Assembly (NCBI GenBank): GCA_043813605.1
Contig: JBDRKX010000052.1
Location: 1 to 29,617 of the forward strand
DNA length: 29,617 bases
Direction of reading: 5' to 3'
From: Elusimicrobiota bacterium
GTDB taxonomy: Bacteria > CG03 > SLGR01 > JBDRKX01
In this document: piece after piece, positions 17,379 through 26,686 of the stretch
Position numbering within the stretch: the first letter of the stretch is position 1
Layout of the letters: each line of letters starts with the position of its first letter
Made by a program: the position numbers and the translations under genes
Notes under the pieces: model-generated
Database searches by the model: none
What the model was told of the DNA's origin: nothing
What the model saw: only the letters and a program-made list of their open reading frames with translations

Positions 17379-20340
17379 AAAAGTCCTAACCCGCCAGGTA
17401 ACTTTCCTGATGCTTTTTATCGGGATACTGGTAGTAGGTATTATATCCTTCATAAAACTTCCCATAGAATTGATGCCCAATGCCTCTTTTGGTGAAATAT
17501 CGATAATATTCTCGGTAAGAGGGGGCATCCCTCCTGACAAGATAGAAAATTTCGTGACAAAACCCGTAGAAGAAGCGGTTGGTGCCGTAAGTAATCTCAA
17601 AGATGTCATATCTATTTCTGAAGAAGGCCGCGCCACGATAGTACTGAAGTTCGTTGCCGGTACTGACATGGATCTTGCTACGATGGAAGTGCGTGAAAAA
17701 CTGGCTCAAGTCAAGAACAGTCTTCCCAGGGAAGTGGAAAAACCCATAGTTGCCCAGTATGAGCAGGAAGATATCCCGGTATTGATCATAGGTGTGACAT
17801 CCCTTTTCAAGACTCCTGAGGAGATAAGAAATATTGTAGATGACAGGATAAAGGAAAGGCTTGCGAGAATACCGGGCGTGGCCAATGTGGATGTATTCGG
17901 CGGCAGGGAGAGAAAGATCATAGTAGAGGTGCTCCCGGATAAACTCAAGACACATTCAATATCCATGTCAAAGATAATAAACTCGTTGAACAGGGCAAAT
18001 GTGTCCCTTCTTTCCGGAGATATAGAAAGCAGCTCGGCCAGGTTTTCGATAAAAGCCACAGGAAGGTTCGAATCGATTGCAGAGATAGAAAACATGGGTA
18101 TATCAGTATCCGATCAGGGTTCCATAGTCAGGCTGAAAGATATATCCGTTATCGAAGATTCGTATCTTGAAGCGGAGAATATTTCCAGGCTTGATGCGTC
18201 TAACAATGTGACTATATACATACAGAAAGAGACCCTTGCCAGCACGGTGAAAGTATGCAGGACTACCGAAGAAGAGATAAAAAAACTCAAACAGGAGATT
18301 CCCGCTGATATTATAATGGCGGTTATTAAGAATGATGCGGAATTTATAGAAAAAGCGCTTGATTCCATGAAAAACTCGCTTGTACTGGGCGCATTGCTTG
18401 CCGCGGGTATACTTCTCTTTTTCCTGAAAAACTTCAAACTGACGCTCATTAACTTTTTCACCATACCCCTTTCTGTACTGCTCGCCGTGACGTTACTTTA
18501 TTTCAATAAGATCACGCTCAATGTGATGACGCTCGGCGGATTGGCGCTCGGAGTGGGTATGCTTCTCGATAACTCTATTGTAGTTATTGAAAATATTTTC
18601 AGGATGTTCAAATCCGTAACAGAAAAGAGGACGGCAATTATCGAAGGGACACAACAGATCATCCTGCCGATAATCGCGGCCACACTTACTACGGTGGTCG
18701 TCTTCCTGCCGATCGTGTTCCTGAGCGAGGATCTCAAGCAGATGCAGGGGCCCATGGCTCTTACTATAACATATTCGCTTGTAGCTTCTCTTTTTATAGC
18801 GCTCACGCTTGTGCCGCTGCTTTTCTACAAGCTTGATATACAGCCGTCATATGAAGAGAAACAGGCATCGCTTTTAAAGTTATACAGATGGTCGCTGGAA
18901 AAGGTAGTGGTTCATAAGAAAAAAATGCTTATTGCAGTCGGTGCGCTCTTTGCTGTATCTGTAGTATTTTTCATCAGGATAGACATGAACCTCTATGAAA
19001 CGGAAGAAGATAACAAGTTCACGATAAACGTTGAGTTGCCGACCGGTGCCAAACTGGAAGTATCCGATGAAAAAGTTGCCCTGGTGGAGGAGATGCTGAA
19101 TAAGATCCCGGAAGTACAACAAGTCTCTTCAAAGATAGAAAAATGGTCATCAAAAGTTTATGTGACATTAAAGAAAGCAAAAAAGAGAAGCAGGGATAAA
19201 GACGAGATAATAGCCGAGCTTAGGCCTCAACTGAAAGCCATTCAGCCGGCGTTCATATACTTTAAGGAATCTTCTGCTCTGGCAGCCAAGGAAGTGTTTC
19301 TGGACATATACGGTCATGACTACGGACTGCTGAAGGATATGGCCATGAACATAGGCGGTTATCTGAAGGCTATTCCCGGACTTGAAGACGTAAAGATAAG
19401 GATGAGAGAAGGAAGGCCGGAAAAGATGATAAATCTTGACAGGAAAAGGGTCGCTCTCTCCGGATTCACTATATCGGATGTGGCGGAAAATCTCCATGCC
19501 CGTTTAAGGGGCCTTATTGCTACAAGATACCATGAAAAAGCCAAAGAGATAGAGACTATAGTACGCCAGAAGAAATCTACCCTGAAAGATTTTGATGATG
19601 TATACGGGATAAAGATGATGAATACTTTCGGCAAGTTCATAACACTCTCCCAGATGGCGGATTTCAGCGATGATAAGGGGCCTTCAGAAATATGGCGCAA
19701 GAACAAGAAGAGGTTCGTGCAGGTCTCAGCTTCAAGGAATAAAGTATCCCTGGAAAAAGCAGTTATTAATATAAAGGATGTACTGAAGAATGCAAAATTT
19801 CCCGAGAACTATTATTATGAGATAGGAGGCGATTACGAAACTATGATAAGGAGCAAGAAAGAATTGTATATGGCGTTGATTTTGACGATCATATTCGTCT
19901 ATCTTGTTCTGGGCTCGCTTTTTGAGTCGTATTCTCAGCCTCTTATAATAATGCTCTCGGTACCGCTGGCGCTCATAGGAGTCGTCACGGCGCTCAAAAT
20001 AACAAAGGGAAATATTTCTACAGGTGTGATCATGGGGATAATCATGCTTGCCGGAATTGTCGTAAATAATGCGATAATGCTTGTCGACAGGATAAATACC
20101 CTGAGAAAAGAAAATGCAGTGAATTATGTATTGGAAGGTTGTGTGCACAGGCTGAGGCCTATATTAATGACAGCGACGACAACTATTCTGGGTCTGCTGC
20201 CGCTGGCAGTAAAGGGCGGTGAAGGTGCAGGATTGTGGAAACCGTTGTCTGTAACTGTCATAGGGGGACTGATAAGTTCCACGCTGCTTGTTCTTTTCAT
20301 TGTGCCCTGTGTTTATAAGGTGATGGAGAGATTAAAATGA
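17371..20340 (+). CDS. RND efflux permease (AcrB/MdtB/SwrC-like), subunit 1
   Basis: About 990 aa with LPIELMP, NVMTLGGLALGVGMLLDNSIVVIENI, GIVVNNAIML and RLRPILMT. Overlaps the MFP stop. Confidence 0.95.
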   Translation: MIEKVLTRQVTFLMLFIGILVVGIISFIKLPIELMPNASFGEISIIFSVRGGIPPDKIENFVTKPVEEAVGAVSNLKDVISISEEGRATIVLKFVAGTDMDLATMEVREKLAQVKNSLPREVEKPIVAQYEQEDIPVLIIGVTSLFKTPEEIRNIVDDRIKERLARIPGVANVDVFGGRERKIIVEVLPDKLKTHSISMSKIINSLNRANVSLLSGDIESSSARFSIKATGRFESIAEIENMGISVSDQGSIVRLKDISVIEDSYLEAENISRLDASNNVTIYIQKETLASTVKVCRTTEEEIKKLKQEIPADIIMAVIKNDAEFIEKALDSMKNSLVLGALLAAGILLFFLKNFKLTLINFFTIPLSVLLAVTLLYFNKITLNVMTLGGLALGVGMLLDNSIVVIENIFRMFKSVTEKRTAIIEGTQQIILPIIAATLTTVVVFLPIVFLSEDLKQMQGPMALTITYSLVASLFIALTLVPLLFYKLDIQPSYEEKQASLLKLYRWSLEKVVVHKKKMLIAVGALFAVSVVFFIRIDMNLYETEEDNKFTINVELPTGAKLEVSDEKVALVEEMLNKIPEVQQVSSKIEKWSSKVYVTLKKAKKRSRDKDEIIAELRPQLKAIQPAFIYFKESSALAAKEVFLDIYGHDYGLLKDMAMNIGGYLKAIPGLEDVKIRMREGRPEKMINLDRKRVALSGFTISDVAENLHARLRGLIATRYHEKAKEIETIVRQKKSTLKDFDDVYGIKMMNTFGKFITLSQMADFSDDKGPSEIWRKNKKRFVQVSASRNKVSLEKAVINIKDVLKNAKFPENYYYEIGGDYETMIRSKKELYMALILTIIFVYLVLGSLFESYSQPLIIMLSVPLALIGVVTALKITKGNISTGVIMGIIMLAGIVVNNAIMLVDRINTLRKENAVNYVLEGCVHRLRPILMTATTTILGLLPLAVKGGEGAGLWKPLSVTVIGGLISSTLLVLFIVPCVYKVMERLK

Positions 20341-23300
20341 ATATTACGGAACTGTCAGTAAAAAGGCCTGTAACTACCATTATGTTTTTTCTGGGCCTCA
20401 TTATCATGGGATTCATATCATTGGTCAAGCTGCCGAGGGAACTGCTGCCGTCACTGGTCTATCCCCAGATAACTGTGATAAGTGTATATGAAAATGCGAC
20501 TCCGGAGGAGATAGAGAGACAGGTAACAAAAATTGTAGAAGAGACCATAGGTACTGTAAACAACCTGAAAACTGTGAATTCCATATCAAGGGAAGGTCTT
20601 TCCATGGTTATAGCGGAGTTTAACTGGGGAACGAATATGGATCTCGCTTCAATGGATGTCCGCGAGAAGATAGACCTGATTAAGGAGCGTCTGCCGCGTA
20701 ATGCGGAGGATCCGGTAGTAATGAAATTCAATCCTTTCGAGCTCCCGGTTATGACAATACTCCTGTCCGAAGAAACCGGTTCCACAAGCCCGGAGGTACT
20801 CTACAAGATGAGGGAGGTCGCCAGGAAGGTCATCAAGACGAGTCTTGAGAAGATAGAGGGTGTCGCTTCCGTAGAAATAAAGGGCGGCCGGGAGAGGGAG
20901 ATCGTGGTAGAGGTAGATCAGGGGAGGCTGCTCGCTTCCGGTATCTCGCTTCTGGAAGTGGTGAATATTCTGAGAAATGCCAATCTGTCATATCCGGCTG
21001 GAACGATAAAAAAGAGGTTCTATGAATATCTGATACGCACAATGGGGGAATTCAAAGACGCTGATGATATAAGAGAAACACCGCTGAAACTCCAGTACTA
21101 CAAGGGCAAGAGAGAGCAGTTTATGGATCAGCAGATGGAGAGGGAGAAGGAACAACCCAAGGGCATGGTTTTTCTTAAGAACATAGCAACTGTATCGGAT
21201 ACTTTTAAGGAAAGGCAGAGTATTTTCAGGCATAACGGCAAAGAGAGTATTTCCATTGCCATTAAAAAACAGTCGGGGTCGAATGTAGTAAAGGTCGTTG
21301 AGAGGATAAGAAAAGCGCTTAATGAAATGCACCATAAACTGCCCAGCGAATACAAGACAGAGGTCATATATGACCAGTCCGAATATATAGAACAGTCAAT
21401 TTATGGTGTGGCCGAGTCAGCGGTTCTTGGCGGGATACTCGCCTTTCTCGTATTGTACCTGTTCCTGAAAAATGTGCGTAGCTCGCTCATAGTAACAATG
21501 TCCATACCTGTTTCATTGATGTGTACATTCATACTGATGTATGTTCAGAAAATCTCCATTAATATGATGTCGCTTGGCGGCCTGGCACTTGGTGTAGGTA
21601 TGCTTGTCGATAATTCCGTTGTGGTGCTGGAGAACATATACCGGCTGAATGTCCTCCGCCCTGAGGAGCCCCAGTTGAATGCTATAGAAGGAACGACCGA
21701 AGTTTTCGGAGCAATAACTTCGTCAACACTGACAACGATCACCGTGTTTCTTCCTTTTGTCTTTGTAAGCGGTGTCGCGGGACAACTGTTCAAGGAACTG
21801 GCATATACGGTTACTTTTTCGCTGATCACATCGCTGTTAGTTGCAGTTACTCTGATACCGAGACTGGCAGCCGGAGTAAAATTAAAAGAGTTCGCGGAAC
21901 CGGGCTGGAGTAATGTAATGAAGTCTGTCTTTGACAGAACGCTTGGAGAATTTCTGTTTAAGAAAACACAGTATATAGCTATGATAGCATTGTTCTTTGT
22001 TCTCAGTATTGTTGTCATATTGTGCCTGAACAAGGAATTCATACCGCAGACCAAACAGAGCCAGTTTGTGATGAAGGTAGCGCTGCCTCCGGGTACTCCT
22101 CTTGAGATCACCGACAGTATAGTCCAGAAGATAGAGGCGGTAATAGACGATATCAAGGAGGTTAAGGATATTACAACGAGTATCGGTTCTCCAAAGGGGT
22201 CCGCCAAACAGAAGATCCTTACACTTATGGAAGAAAACGAGGCCGAGATACTGATAACGCTCCAGGGAAAAAAGGGTTATGCAGAGTATGCCATACAAAA
22301 AATAAAAAAACAGCTGAGTCTTCAGTCGCTTGAAGCTGAAATAGAATATATAACCCAGGCCGGTATTTTCGGGAGCGCGTTAAGCGGTTCTGCACCGATC
22401 TCGGTCGAGATAAAAGGCGAGGATATGAAGGAATTAATAGGTATATCTAATGAGGTGGAAGCCGAAATGTCTGCTGTAAAAGAGATCTACGGCGTAAAAA
22501 AGACCTTTAAGGGTTACCGGCCTGAAATACGTATCCAGGTCAATAAAGACAGGGCTTCTCTGTATGATATCTCTACGCAGAATGTGACTATCACGGCACA
22601 GACTGCTATTAAAGGCTATGTTGCAACCGAGCTCAAGGAACAGGAAGAAGAGATAGATATCCGGGTCGCACTGCGCGAATCGGACAGGACCAATTTCGAA
22701 CAGATAGGTAACATAATAGTGCGCTCACCGTTGAAGATAGATGTGAAACTGAATCAGCTGGCTTCTTTTTACGAGGAGAAGAGCAGTTCGGAAATAAGAA
22801 GAAAAGAGGGCCAGCGAATAATAACTGTTACCGCCAACTATATCGGTGCGGCGCTCAGTAAGGTCCTGACTTCACTGCGTGCAAGGCTGGAAAGGGTAAA
22901 AAAGGTCAGCAGGGAATATACTGTTGAGATAGCCGGTGAACAGGAGAAGATGCAGGAGTCGTTCAAGGAATTGATGTTCGTGCTTGTTCTTTCCCTTCTG
23001 TTTGTGTATATGATAATGGCATCTCAGTTTGAATCTCTCTGGCAGCCGTTTATAGTTATTTTTACTGTACCGCTTTCCGCCATAGGCGTAGCATTGCTCT
23101 TGATGATGACATCGACCTCATTAAATGTTGTCGTTTTACTGGGTATTACCATGCTCGGAGGCATTGTCGTTAACAACGGAATAGTGCTTATAAGTTACTT
23201 TAACCTGCTCAAAGGCAGCGGACAGGAACTGGAACAGATGGTTAGAGAAGCATCAACAACGCGTTTGAGGCCGGTGCTTATGACAGCCCTGACTACAACG

Positions 23301-23504
23301 CTGGGACTGATACCCATGGCAGTGAGCGGAGGAGAGGGTTCTGAACTCAGGGCACCTCTGGCTGTGACTGTGATCGGCGGTCTGATTACATCGACATTCC
23401 TTACTTTATATGTACTGCCTGCGGTATATATTGTGGGAGAAAAGTTCCTTAAGAGATACAATTTTGACTGGTTCAAACAGATATTCGGGAAGATAAGCTG
23501 GTGA
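20337..23504 (+). CDS. RND efflux permease (AcrB/MdtC/SwrC-like), subunit 2
   Basis: SVKRPVTT, NMMSLGGLALGVGMLVDNSVVVLENI, GIVVNNGIVL, RLRPVLMTALTT, PLAVTVIGGL. ATGA overlap with subunit 1. Confidence 0.95.
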   Translation: MNITELSVKRPVTTIMFFLGLIIMGFISLVKLPRELLPSLVYPQITVISVYENATPEEIERQVTKIVEETIGTVNNLKTVNSISREGLSMVIAEFNWGTNMDLASMDVREKIDLIKERLPRNAEDPVVMKFNPFELPVMTILLSEETGSTSPEVLYKMREVARKVIKTSLEKIEGVASVEIKGGREREIVVEVDQGRLLASGISLLEVVNILRNANLSYPAGTIKKRFYEYLIRTMGEFKDADDIRETPLKLQYYKGKREQFMDQQMEREKEQPKGMVFLKNIATVSDTFKERQSIFRHNGKESISIAIKKQSGSNVVKVVERIRKALNEMHHKLPSEYKTEVIYDQSEYIEQSIYGVAESAVLGGILAFLVLYLFLKNVRSSLIVTMSIPVSLMCTFILMYVQKISINMMSLGGLALGVGMLVDNSVVVLENIYRLNVLRPEEPQLNAIEGTTEVFGAITSSTLTTITVFLPFVFVSGVAGQLFKELAYTVTFSLITSLLVAVTLIPRLAAGVKLKEFAEPGWSNVMKSVFDRTLGEFLFKKTQYIAMIALFFVLSIVVILCLNKEFIPQTKQSQFVMKVALPPGTPLEITDSIVQKIEAVIDDIKEVKDITTSIGSPKGSAKQKILTLMEENEAEILITLQGKKGYAEYAIQKIKKQLSLQSLEAEIEYITQAGIFGSALSGSAPISVEIKGEDMKELIGISNEVEAEMSAVKEIYGVKKTFKGYRPEIRIQVNKDRASLYDISTQNVTITAQTAIKGYVATELKEQEEEIDIRVALRESDRTNFEQIGNIIVRSPLKIDVKLNQLASFYEEKSSSEIRRKEGQRIITVTANYIGAALSKVLTSLRARLERVKKVSREYTVEIAGEQEKMQESFKELMFVLVLSLLFVYMIMASQFESLWQPFIVIFTVPLSAIGVALLLMMTSTSLNVVVLLGITMLGGIVVNNGIVLISYFNLLKGSGQELEQMVREASTTRLRPVLMTALTTTLGLIPMAVSGGEGSELRAPLAVTVIGGLITSTFLTLYVLPAVYIVGEKFLKRYNFDWFKQIFGKISW

Positions 23505-23542
23505 AACTACAGGTGTCACTCGAAGAGTTTTAGGAGAAACTG

Positions 23543-24400
23543 ATGTTTACAAAAACAATTGGTCTTGTCATTCCCGCTGAGACGCATCTTTTCTCGCAGT
23601 GGGCCTATAACTATTATTTTACTGAAATACTCAGGGGTGTCATAGCGGCGGCAAGTCTTTTCCAGTGGAATATCCTTATTCATCACAGGGTAATTGATAC
23701 TTCGGATGAAGATTATGTCAAATTCTGTAAAGAGGAGGAGATAGAGGGTGCGATATGTCTTGCGCCCGCACTCGGCAAAAAAGTGCTGGAAAAAATACAG
23801 CAGATGGATATGCCCTTAATCATAATAAACAGCAGGCTTCCGGGTTTGAGTTACGTAGATACCGATAATATTGAAGGTGCCCAGAAGGCGGCTGATTACC
23901 TGGTGGAAAAAGGGCACAAGAATATTGCGGTACTTAACGGAGATATGTCTACGACCAATGCGCGGGACAGGTTTGAAGGCTATAGGAAATCACTTGAAGG
24001 TTCCGGAATAGAATTGCCGCAAGAAATGATAAGGGAAGGCAAGTTCTCTGAAGATTCAGGTTACAATGGCATGAAAGACATACTTTCGGGAGATATAATA
24101 CCTACCGCTGTCTTATGCGCTAACGATCTGATAGCCATAGGAGCAATAAAATCAATAAAAGAAAAGGGACTTGAAATCCCCCGGGATATATCTATTATCG
24201 GGTTTGATGACCTGATAATCTCCGGTTACCTGACTCCGCCGCTTACTACGGTGAGGCAGCCTTTATTTCATCTCGGCAAGGAAGCAGTCGTTACTTTGAT
24301 GAGCATGATAAGGGGAGAAAAAGACAGCTTACAGCAGATAGAGATAGAGACCAGATTGATCAAAAGGGATTCTGTGGCAGAACCGCGCAGCCAACAATAG
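23543..24400 (+). CDS. LacI/GalR-type ligand-binding domain protein lacking the DNA-binding HTH
   Basis: TKTIGLVIP...YVDTDNIEGA...LVEKGHKNIA...RFEGY...PTAVLCANDLIAIGA...IPRDISIIGFDD...PPLTTVRQP. AGGAG RBS; only 38 nt separate it from the RND stop. Confidence 0.85.
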   Translation: MFTKTIGLVIPAETHLFSQWAYNYYFTEILRGVIAAASLFQWNILIHHRVIDTSDEDYVKFCKEEEIEGAICLAPALGKKVLEKIQQMDMPLIIINSRLPGLSYVDTDNIEGAQKAADYLVEKGHKNIAVLNGDMSTTNARDRFEGYRKSLEGSGIELPQEMIREGKFSEDSGYNGMKDILSGDIIPTAVLCANDLIAIGAIKSIKEKGLEIPRDISIIGFDDLIISGYLTPPLTTVRQPLFHLGKEAVVTLMSMIRGEKDSLQQIEIETRLIKRDSVAEPRSQQ

Positions 24401-24414
24401 TATATTATTCTCGT

Positions 24415-25881
24415 TCAGCTGTATTTTTTTAGAAGGCCTGTTCTATCATTGAATTCCTGGATTTTTTCATCAAGAGCCGTATACGTTTTATATTGCTCTG
24501 TCCAGTAATTCTCTTTATACCATTGCGCATTGAGTTCATCAAGTTCTTTCCCCTGTTGTTCTATCCAGGTGAAGTACTTGAGGTTGTGCATCCTCTTCCT
24601 GGAATAGTAATCTGTTTCGAGCAGGTAATCGATACTTAAGCCCTCTATGTATTTTCCGTAATCGACAGCAGCCTGCTTGTCGGAGTAAGCTCCATCCTTT
24701 TTGCGGTATTCCTCTATCCTTGATCCGTACATCTCCATCGAATCCGTTGCAGTCGTCACGATGATATCATTCTCGTTATGCTCGTAATACTTTGCGGTTT
24801 TGATGGCGCTTATTAGGTTAGCTATACCGGATATCCCGATAAGGTTCAGTTTATCTACCGTTGTGCTGTCCACTCCGATACCTTTCAGGAACTCCTGCCC
24901 GTCCGGTTCGTTAAAGAGCCGCATCACTGCTATACAGGCATTATCATCTATGTCGGCTACCATGTCCGTGTTCTTCAGGTTATGTATCCAGGGGACATGC
25001 TTGTCGCCTATGCCCTCGATCCTGTGTCCGCCAAATCCCGTGAGGAGAAGGGTGGGACACTGCAGCGCTTCGCCTGCGACTACCTTGATGAGCGGAAAGA
25101 CTTCTTTAAGATATTCTCCGGAACCGAGTGTTCCTGCGGATCCCTGCGTAAGACATACGGCGGCAAGCCTGTCTCCCTCTTTCTTTTCATTATTAAAGAT
25201 CTCTTCTATGGCGGAACCGGTCACAGCGTAATGCCAGATAGAGTTGCCTATTTCGTCAAACTGGTTGAGTATGACTATCTTGTCGCCACGTTCGGCCTTC
25301 AGTTCGTGGCATTTATCGTATATCTCTTTGACATTGCTCTCGCAGCCTGGTGTGGCGAATACTTCTGCTCCAAGTTCTTTCAGCCATTCAAAGCGTTCTT
25401 TCGACATCTCTTCAGGAAGTATGGCAATTGGCGTACAACCCAGAAGATAGGAATCATATGCTCCGCCGCGGCAGTAGTTTCCTGTAGAAGGCCAGACGGC
25501 TTTCTGTGTTGTAGGATCGAATTCACCTGTAACAAGTCTTGGAACAAGACATCCAAAAGCAGCACCTACTTTATGTGCACCTGTAGGAAAATATTTTCCG
25601 ATCAGCATCAGTATTCTTGCTTTGATACCCGTAAGTTCTTTTGGTATCTCAATATAATTGACACCTCCGAAACCGCCACCTGCTGCAACTGGTTCATTCT
25701 TCCATGTGATCCTGAACAGGTTTCTTGGATTTAGGTCCCAGAGGCCTATTCCGTTTAGCTCTTTCTTTATCCCCTCTGGGACTTTTTCAGGGTTTATCAT
25801 CTGTTTATAAGTAGGAATTATAATATTCTTTTCCCTGCATCGTTTAATGGTGTTTTCAAGGACTTGCTCTTTACCTGTCAT
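24415..25881 (-). CDS. PLP-dependent enzyme, fold type II (cysteine synthase / tryptophan synthase beta-like)
   Basis: FPTGAHKVG (Schiff-base Lys), PSTGNYCRG, MSKER, LNQF, GSAGTLG, HRIEGIG. AAGGAG RBS on the minus strand. Substrate cannot be determined from sequence. Confidence 0.85.
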   Translation of the reverse strand: MTGKEQVLENTIKRCREKNIIIPTYKQMINPEKVPEGIKKELNGIGLWDLNPRNLFRITWKNEPVAAGGGFGGVNYIEIPKELTGIKARILMLIGKYFPTGAHKVGAAFGCLVPRLVTGEFDPTTQKAVWPSTGNYCRGGAYDSYLLGCTPIAILPEEMSKERFEWLKELGAEVFATPGCESNVKEIYDKCHELKAERGDKIVILNQFDEIGNSIWHYAVTGSAIEEIFNNEKKEGDRLAAVCLTQGSAGTLGSGEYLKEVFPLIKVVAGEALQCPTLLLTGFGGHRIEGIGDKHVPWIHNLKNTDMVADIDDNACIAVMRLFNEPDGQEFLKGIGVDSTTVDKLNLIGISGIANLISAIKTAKYYEHNENDIIVTTATDSMEMYGSRIEEYRKKDGAYSDKQAAVDYGKYIEGLSIDYLLETDYYSRKRMHNLKYFTWIEQQGKELDELNAQWYKENYWTEQYKTYTALDEKIQEFNDRTGLLKKYS

Positions 25882-25945
25882 GATAAAATCTCCTTTTTGT
25901 ATTTAAATTTGCATTTATTTTATCAGTATTATAGAATTTTATCAA

Positions 25946-26686
25946 ATGGATAAAAAACTCATGCTAGGCATAGACGAAGCGGGAATGGGGCCGGTGATCG
26001 GCCCGCTTATAATAAGCGGTGTGGTTGTCAAAAAGGAGAATGCAGGTATACTGAAGGAGATAGGCGTAAAGGATTCCAAGATGTTCGGATCTGGATTGAA
26101 AGCCCATGGGAAGAGGGAGGCCGTATGGAAGGCTGCCGGAGAGTATGTCATAAGAGAAAAACAGGTGGTTATAAACGCCCGTGAAATAGACATGAACAAC
26201 ATGTATTCACTTCATATAGAGGCGACAAGGAGTATTCTGATAGATCTCGGCTGGAAAGATATAAGTGTAGTATACATAGAGCAGATAGGCGGGATGAAAA
26301 AAGAGACCTGTTTTAAGCGTCTTGGTTTCAGCCATAAAGGGTTTGTCTATGAGCAAAAAGCGGATATTAAGTATCCTGCGGTTTCATTGGCTTCGATAAA
26401 GGCAAAAATAGTAAGAGACAGTATAATGAGTAAACTTTGCGAAAAGCTCGGTGAAGATTATATATCGGGGTATCCGAACAACAGAACAGAAGAATTCTTA
26501 AGAAAATATTATAAGAATCACGGATGTTTGCCGCCTGAGACAAGAATATCACGGAACTGGGCCCCGATAAACGATATAAAGCGCATGGCCTATGAAAAAC
26601 TTAAAAACCCGCATTCACAGACCGGATTTGAAAAGGATCCGGAACAGACCCATTTGGATTTTTCCGGAGGCAAAAGGGGTGCCTGA
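25946..26686 (+). CDS. rnhB: Ribonuclease HII family protein (archaeal-like, atypical motifs)
   Basis: GIDEAGMGPVIGPL, GVKDSK, KADIKYPAVSLASIKAK, SGYP. Confidence 0.8.
   Translation: MDKKLMLGIDEAGMGPVIGPLIISGVVVKKENAGILKEIGVKDSKMFGSGLKAHGKREAVWKAAGEYVIREKQVVINAREIDMNNMYSLHIEATRSILIDLGWKDISVVYIEQIGGMKKETCFKRLGFSHKGFVYEQKADIKYPAVSLASIKAKIVRDSIMSKLCEKLGEDYISGYPNNRTEEFLRKYYKNHGCLPPETRISRNWAPINDIKRMAYEKLKNPHSQTGFEKDPEQTHLDFSGGKRGA

Noticed and set aside
24800..25734. Plus-strand ORFs of 143 and 250 aa
   Set aside because: They are antisense to the well-supported PLP enzyme and show no recognisable motifs.
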